64,000 nucleotides of DNA. It comes from an uncultured delta proteobacterium (GTDB lineage: Bacteria > Desulfobacterota > Binatia > Binatales > Binataceae). Below the pieces are notes generated by a model. The model made no database searches, was not told where the DNA came from, and was given only the letters and a program-made list of their open reading frames with translations. Made by a program: the position numbers and the translations under genes. Where the stretch lies: assembly GCA_963842215.1 (NCBI GenBank), contig CAWJFQ010000001.1, positions 1,297,941-1,361,940 of the forward strand, in the 5' to 3' direction. Shown one piece after another: positions 57,401 to 64,000 of this stretch. The number at the start of each line of letters is the position of its first letter. The stretch's first letter is position 1.

Positions 57401-58108
57401 CGTGTCCTCGGTGGTGGCGATCGTGCCCGTCGCCGCCACGGTCTGCATCCGCGACGCGAGATTGGCAGCATGTCCAATCGGCGTGTACTCGGCATGTCCC
57501 TGGGCGGTCTGGATTGCGCGTACCACGACCTCGCCCGTGTTCACCCCGACACGGATCTCGATCGGCGCCCGCCCTCGCTCGCGCAGCGTCGCCGCGTATC
57601 GCCGCAAATCCTCCTGCATCCGCAGCGCTGAATACAATGCGCGCTGAGCGTGGTCCTCGTGCGCCAGGGGCGCGCCGAACATCGCGAATATTCCGTCGCC
57701 GGTCGATTGCACCACGTAGCCGTCGTACCGATTTACCGCCGCGATCATCAGCTTCAGCGCAGGATCGACGATCGCGCGCGCCTCTTCGGGGTCGAGGTCC
57801 TGTTCCAGCTCGGTCGAACCCTTGATATCGGCGAACAGCGCCGTGACCGTCTTGCGCTCGCCTTCGATTTCGTCGCCAGGTTCAGCGCGCGCGGTGATCG
57901 GTCTTTTTGGACGCGCCGGTGCGCTCGCCGCGGACGGTGCCGCCGCGGCAGCCGCGGTGCCGAGCGACGCCCCGCAATCGCCGCAGAATTTCTTTCCGTC
58001 CGGATTCTTCGCGCCACACTTCGGGCATCGATCGCTCAATTCCGCGCCGCAGTCGGCGCAGAATTTCTTGCCTGACGGATTTTCAGAGCCGCATTTCGCA
58101 CAATGCAT
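54499..58108 (-). CDS. Double zinc ribbon / class III adenylate-guanylate cyclase / STAND P-loop ATPase / TPR multidomain protein, C-terminal frameshift
   Basis: Zinc ribbons: CAKCG..CADCG..CPKCG..CGDCG. Cyclase core: RKTVTALFADIKGST, VQSTGDGIFAMFGAP, RVGVNTGEVV, PIGHAANLASRMQ. P-loop GEAGVGKSRL. Long TPR-like C-terminal half. The ORF track ends at 54443. The +1 frame from about 54575 gives RELGMRALEERITAVQSRMKAELN, with the stop codon at 54499-54501. Confidence 0.8.
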
Positions 58109-58207
58109 CTTTGCTTTAGCCCGGACGCGAGAAATACCACGCCACCAACTGAGCGAACAGCACTAAAACAGGGTGAACTATTCGGCACTGTGCAGTCCGA
58201 AGCCGAC

Positions 58208-58317
58208 CCACTACAGAGCGGTGGGCACCGGTTCAATTTGAAACTGAACCACTACCGAGCGGTGGGCACTGGTTCAGTTTGCTTTCAAACTGAACCAGTG
58301 CCGAGCGGTGGTACCGC
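58208..58317. repeat. 2.5 tandem direct repeats (periods 41 and 46 nt) carrying two long palindromes
   Basis: Unit 1, 58208-58240: CCACTACAGAGCGGTGGGCACCGGTTCAATTTG. Unit 2, 58249-58281: CCACTACCGAGCGGTGGGCACTGGTTCAGTTTG (30/33 identical). Partial unit 3, 58295-58316: CCAGTGCCGAGCGGTGGTACCG. Confidence 0.8.
58265..58302. promoter_or_regulatory. Perfect 17-bp inverted repeat with 4-nt spacer (GGCACTGGTTCAGTTTG-CTTT-CAAACTGAACCAGTGCC)
   Basis: Read directly from the sequence. A weaker sister dyad GGTTCAATTT-G-AAACTGAACC lies at 58230-58250. Dyad centres are about 43 bp apart. Located in the divergent region between the cyclase-STAND gene (start 58108) and the ntrC-like gene (58483). Confidence 0.5.
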
Positions 58318-58482
58318 AGCCGTCCAACAACCACAATGGATAGTGGACTCCATGATTTTCCTGTAGATCGATCCTGTCAGAATCTCATCGCGTCGAAACC
58401 TCACCGCGCCCCGATGCGTATATTTTGGGCGTTCCTCAAGCCATTGGCGACAAGATCGAACTTACTGTTACGATGTTAGCCC

Positions 58483-60002
<1,520 letters not shown>

Positions 60003-60006
<4 letters not shown>

Positions 60007-60620
60007 CGCGGCTACCCTCGCACTTCTACGCGATGGTCGACACGGCGGGCGGGCACGAGCCGGTCTCACTGGCAGAAATCCTCCTTGCCGCAGGCGTGTC
60101 AATCATGCAGCTGCGGCTGAAGGATACTCCCGGTCGCGATTTTCTGGCGGCAGCGCGTGCGATTGCCGAGATGTGCCGGCGGCGCGACGCCACTCTCATC
60201 GTCAACGATCGAGTCGACATCGCTGTTCTGGCCAACGCGCACGGAGTGCATCTTGGTCAGACCGATCTTCCGCTCGAGCCGGCGCGACGCATCGCTGGTC
60301 GCGACAAAATTATCGGCATCTCGACTCACACCGTCGAACAGGCGCGCGCGGCTGAAAATGGCGGCGCAGACTACATCGGATTCGGACCGATGTATCCCGG
60401 AGGACTCAGAAACAATGCCGCGGGCCAGGGCCTCGACCATCTTCGCGCGATACGTGCAGCAGTGAAGATTCCAATCGTCGCCATCGGCGGCATCACCGAG
60501 GCGCGCGTCGCCGAGACTCTCGCGGCCGGCGCCGATGCGGTCGCGATCATCACCGACGTCGTCAACGCGCCAAACCTCGGCGCAAAAGTCCGCTCGATCC
60601 TCGCGCTGGCCCGCAACTGA
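60003..60620 (+). CDS. thiE: Thiamine-phosphate synthase
   Basis: QLRLKD, LIVNDRVDIAVLANAHGVHLGQTDLP, GISTH, ADYIGFGPMY, IVAIGGI. ATGA overlap with the upstream gene. Confidence 0.9.
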
Positions 60621-60703
60621 CTCCGAGCCGCCAGCTTCGATTCACCTCACGATTGCATCAAAAGCCACTATTTTTTCCGCACACTTCTTGGAATAGTGCC
60701 GGC

Positions 60704-61234
60704 ATGACTCTGCAATCGATCAAGCGTTCGCTGGTTGGCCTGTTCCACGAGATGGCGCCGACAGTGCTTTTCTTCTTCGTCGCCTTCATGCTGGTGGGCG
60801 TGCTCTTCAAGCTGTTCGTAGCGCGATATCAAATCGAGTTTTCCGCGTTTGCGAAAGCCGCGATAGCGGCGCTCGTAGTCGGCAAGGTCGTACTGCTGGT
60901 GGACTGGGCGGAGTCCGGGCGCAGCTCCAGCTCTCATCGGCGCATCGTTGCAATCCTGTTCAAAACCTTCATTTACGCGTTTGCGGTGATCGTGTTCGGA
61001 GTCGGCGAGAAGATCGTCGAAGCGGCGCGCAAGGCGCACAGCGTAAGCGAGGGCTTCGACAATCTGATCGCCAACGCCAACATGGACCGCTTCATGGGCC
61101 TGGTGCTGCTCATCAGCATAGTGGTGTTTGTATATCTGCTGATGCAGGAGATCGAGAAGGCAATGGGCAAAGGCGCGCTCTACCGCCTGCTGTTCGAACG
61201 TCCGGAACGAACTTCCGGAAGCGCTACGCAGTAG
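60704..61234 (+). CDS. Hypothetical membrane protein
   Basis: ORF 60653..61234 trimmed to ATG 60704. Four hydrophobic helices. No motif recognised. Confidence 0.4.
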   Translation: MTLQSIKRSLVGLFHEMAPTVLFFFVAFMLVGVLFKLFVARYQIEFSAFAKAAIAALVVGKVVLLVDWAESGRSSSSHRRIVAILFKTFIYAFAVIVFGVGEKIVEAARKAHSVSEGFDNLIANANMDRFMGLVLLISIVVFVYLLMQEIEKAMGKGALYRLLFERPERTSGSATQ

Positions 61235-62465
61235 CGGGCACTGGCGCCGGGGCTTGGCGCGATTGCTCTGATTCAAGAGAGCGGCACGAGTAAGTGACCG
61301 CCGCGCCGACGATGCACATCACGACGAATATTTCGAAGGCTGGAACGTAGCTGCCCGCCAGATCGTAGATTTTGCCGGCGCCCACCGGTCCTACGAATGC
61401 GCCGAGAGTGTTGAAGATGCCTGTTATGCCGCCGATCGAGCCGAAGCGTTTAAGCCCCAGCGACTCCGCCACCAGCATCGGTACCAGCACCAGCGGCGCG
61501 CCGAGCGATAGTCCGAAGATCAGCACGAATGGAATCAGTACAGCGGTTCGCGCCGCGCCAAAGATCAACAACATGCCGACGCAGGCGGCCAGGAAGTTGA
61601 ACGTCAGCGCGATTCTTGCGCTCACTCGATCGGCGAATAGGCCCATTCCGAGCTTGCCGAAGGCCGCGAATACGTAGACCAGGCTCATCATGCCGGCCGA
61701 GAATGACGGCGTGTAGCCAAGCTCGGTGAGATAGGTAATCAGATGCAGGCCCGCGCCCGCCGCGACTGCGGCGAAGAAGAATTGCGCCGCCGAGATCATC
61801 CAGAAGGAACGCGTGCGGTATGCCTCGCGCAGCTCGAAGCCGGGCAACGCGTCGCTCGCCTGCGCGACGGTAATTCCTTCGGCCTGCGGCGGACGCGTCC
61901 TCACCACGAGGATTATCAGCGGGACGACCACGATGAACATCGGAATTGCGAGCGCAACGTAACCGGCGCGCCAGCCGCCGCGCGCGATCGCGAAGTTCCC
62001 CACCAGCGTCATCGCGGCGCCGCCGAGCGAGGTGCCGGCGAAGGTCAAGCCCATCGCAAGTCCGCGCCGCGCACCGAACCAGTTTGCGATCACGAGCGCG
62101 CACGGCAACAGGGTCGAGGCGCCGATACCGACGCCCAGCAGGACGTAGGCGCCGAACAGCGGGCCGAACGAATCGACGCGGCTCGCTATTAGAAAAGAAA
62201 CGCCGGTCATAATCGCGCCCGCGACCATCACCACCCGCGCCTCGACCCTGTCCAGCAGCCAGCCTATCAGCGGAGCGCTGAGTCCCGCCGACAGCGGCAG
62301 CGCAGCACCTTGGAGCGTCGAGAGCTGCGCGCGCTTCCATCCGAAATGTTTAAGCAGATGCGGAAAGAACAGGCCGCCAGTGTTGTAACCGGAGCCGAAA
62401 ACAAACACCAGCGTCACGAAGAGGCTCGCGACGATGATCCAACCTTGCCGTTCCCGCTGCGTCAT
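61224..62465 (-). CDS. MFS transporter
   Basis: 413 aa with about 12 hydrophobic segments. Motif-A-like GWLLDRVEARVVM between TM2 and TM3. Confidence 0.8.
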   Translation of the reverse strand: MTQRERQGWIIVASLFVTLVFVFGSGYNTGGLFFPHLLKHFGWKRAQLSTLQGAALPLSAGLSAPLIGWLLDRVEARVVMVAGAIMTGVSFLIASRVDSFGPLFGAYVLLGVGIGASTLLPCALVIANWFGARRGLAMGLTFAGTSLGGAAMTLVGNFAIARGGWRAGYVALAIPMFIVVVPLIILVVRTRPPQAEGITVAQASDALPGFELREAYRTRSFWMISAAQFFFAAVAAGAGLHLITYLTELGYTPSFSAGMMSLVYVFAAFGKLGMGLFADRVSARIALTFNFLAACVGMLLIFGAARTAVLIPFVLIFGLSLGAPLVLVPMLVAESLGLKRFGSIGGITGIFNTLGAFVGPVGAGKIYDLAGSYVPAFEIFVVMCIVGAAVTYSCRSLESEQSRQAPAPVPATA

Positions 62466-62553
62466 CCGATGCTCCCTGGCTGAGACTTATAGCGACCCGA
62501 CCGAGGATCGTCGAGCGCGAAACTCCATCGCCTCGGCGCAACGGCGTTTGCGA

Positions 62554-63216
62554 TTACTCGAGCGCGCTCGTCGGGATGAATCCCTCGAGCCCGCTCTTCA
62601 TGCGGATTTGCATATAGCTCAGCGACAGCCCGACGATGTGGACGTTGTGGCCCTTGTGAACTTCGGAAAGTTTCTTGGACCATCGATTTGGTTTTTCGAG
62701 CACCGCTGCGTCGCGCGTGAGTACGAAGACTTTGTCGACCGGCTTTACCAGTTCGACTGCTGACGGCTCGATGTAACCCGTCTGTCCGCTCTTCAGCTTG
62801 ACCTGCAGATAGTAGTGAGTGGAACCGGTCACTTCGACGAATTTCTCCGGCGTTAGCTGCTCGATCTTCCTGCTGCTCTTCGTCGGCGCGGAATAGACTG
62901 GAGAGGCGTCGAGCACTTTCAGCCGCGCCGCCGCGGGTTCAATCTCCGGCGGCCCGGCGCTCCTGCTCGACGCGTGATGCTTCGGCGCGGGAACCGCAGT
63001 CACGCCCTCCTCGCTTGGCCCCGATGGAACCCCGGGAGACGATGGAGAAACGGCGGTAGGCGCGCTGCTCGGGCCTTCGGCCGGCACGATCGAAGTCGAA
63101 GGAACGTCTTCCTCGCCGATTCCGGCCGCCAACGCCGGCGCCCGCCACGCGAGCATCGCAATGGCTGCGGCCATCAGAGCCGCTGTCCGCGCTGAACGAA
63201 AGTCACGATAAGCCAT
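62554..63216 (-). CDS. Secreted protein with two bacterial SH3-like repeats
   Basis: Signal peptide ending APALAAG, a Pro/Ser-rich linker, and two repeats ending GQTGYIEPSAVE and GLEGFIPTSALE. Confidence 0.6.
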   Translation of the reverse strand: MAYRDFRSARTAALMAAAIAMLAWRAPALAAGIGEEDVPSTSIVPAEGPSSAPTAVSPSSPGVPSGPSEEGVTAVPAPKHHASSRSAGPPEIEPAAARLKVLDASPVYSAPTKSSRKIEQLTPEKFVEVTGSTHYYLQVKLKSGQTGYIEPSAVELVKPVDKVFVLTRDAAVLEKPNRWSKKLSEVHKGHNVHIVGLSLSYMQIRMKSGLEGFIPTSALE

Positions 63217-63254
63217 TCTTCCTCTACCTCCGCCTCGACTTGTCGATTCTTATT

Positions 63255-64000
63255 TTAGCAGGCGCCGCAAACCGTGCATCGCTCCACGTCGCACGGCGGA
63301 CTCTGATGCTCATGGTGGGCTTTCTTTCGTTCAGCGAGCAGAAACCATTTGTGAATATGATGATCGATAAAATCCCACGGCAACAGCTCGTCGTGAAGGT
63401 ATTGGCGCGTGACAAAAAAGTCAGGGTCGGGCAACGTCGAATTCTCCCCCGACTCCACCTCGCGATGAATCTTGGCCAGCTCATGCCAGATGGGTCCCGA
63501 GGTTTCGCAGCCCGCGGCTTCGAGCCGTTCGAGAATGGCGCTGACGCGCCGATCACCGCGCGAGACCATCGTCTGGAAGTACGCTTCGCGCGGCGATTCT
63601 GCATCAAGCTCGACCTGGCCGATGCGCGCGAGGCGCCGGCGCAGCATCGCGACCTTGCGCTTGATCGAGCGCGCGTCCTGCATCCGATCCCATTGAAACG
63701 GCGTCCAGGGCTTGGGCACGAATGGGTTGAGCGAGACGGTCACGGAGCCGATGCGCGTGCGGCGCGCGCGGGCGCGTTCGAGAACCTTGGCAACCAGATC
63801 GGCAATCGCGAGCACGTCTTCATCGCGCTCCTCGGGCAGGCCGATCATAAAATAAAACTTCAGGTTGCCGACGCCCTCGCCCAGCATCATCTCGGCTGCG
63901 CCCAGAATTTCGGTCTCGGTAAGATTCTTGTTGATGACCTTGCGCATCCGCTCGCTGCCGGCTTCGGGCGCGACCGTCACCGTCTGGTTTCCGCCGCGCG
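63255..64000 (-). CDS. Radical SAM family protein, C-terminal part (gene continues past the right edge)
   Basis: The frame is open to base 64000. EAGSERMRKVINKNLTETEI, NLKFYFMIGLPEERDED, and a Cys-rich end CDVERCTVCGAC typical of the large B12-binding/radical-SAM family TIGR03960 (from memory). Confidence 0.65.
   Translation of the reverse strand, partial: RGGNQTVTVAPEAGSERMRKVINKNLTETEILGAAEMMLGEGVGNLKFYFMIGLPEERDEDVLAIADLVAKVLERARARRTRIGSVTVSLNPFVPKPWTPFQWDRMQDARSIKRKVAMLRRRLARIGQVELDAESPREAYFQTMVSRGDRRVSAILERLEAAGCETSGPIWHELAKIHREVESGENSTLPDPDFFVTRQYLHDELLPWDFIDHHIHKWFLLAERKKAHHEHQSPPCDVERCTVCGAC

Noticed and set aside
58265-58302. The perfect 17-bp hairpin as an intrinsic terminator.
   Set aside because: There is no U-tract on either strand, and both flanking genes are transcribed away from it.
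58208-58317. The repeat block as a CRISPR array.
   Set aside because: Only 2.5 units are present, the spacers between units are 8-13 nt, the units themselves differ, and I recognise no cas genes in the window.

Overview
High-GC (by eye about 60-65%, not computed) chromosomal segment of a diderm bacterium, judged from outer-membrane barrels, lipoproteins, a Pqi/MCE system, LapA-like and MltD-like genes. The lineage cannot be fixed without a database search. I count about 68 protein-coding genes or gene fragments and one tRNA-Gly(CCC). I saw no rRNA, CRISPR array, transposase, integrase or phage genes. Left part: a DUF2950/DUF3300 pair, a pqiA-pqiA-pqiB-pqiC operon, a DUF3313 lipoprotein, a 2-TM K+ channel, an AI-2E permease and an octahaem cytochrome-HEAT-TPR fusion. 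The stretch from 11.8 to 23.7 kb looks accessory, and from about 14.7 kb it is visibly lower in GC. It holds a three-gene two-component set (LuxR-type RR, GAF histidine kinase, stand-alone receiver), a decaying sulfatase/DUF3313 cluster, an outer-membrane uptake cluster (FadL plus a second barrel) and a CYTH-like protein. Middle: housekeeping genes (prs, tRNA-Gly, mpg, dCMP deaminase, HIT, M50 protease, GMC oxidoreductase) and a very-high-GC actinobacterial-looking phosphotransferase pseudogene. It also has a tight five-gene operon (kappa-GST-like, MAPEG, FlK-like thioesterase, MaoC, Cys-rich lipoprotein), pepP, SMP-30, two family-III CoA-transferases, YciI, a deoxyhypusine-synthase-like gene and an ECF transporter. 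Right part: tatD, ispF, moeA, an mltD-like gene, then an NtrB-like kinase separated from an NtrC-like sigma-54 activator by a 4.4-kb insert. The insert carries a DUF4242 gene and a giant zinc-ribbon / class-III cyclase / STAND-ATPase / TPR gene. After it come thiE, an MFS transporter, an SH3 protein and a partial radical-SAM gene. Three non-genic signals stand out. (i) A 44-bp module containing a 20-bp palindrome occurs in two divergent promoter regions 9 kb apart. (ii) A tandem pair of long palindromes with 2.5 direct repeats sits in the divergent region between the cyclase gene and the ntrC-like gene. (iii) Seven frameshifts interrupt six otherwise intact genes, all with the same (+1) sign. 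All product calls rest on motif recognition from memory; no similarity search, folding or GC computation was possible.
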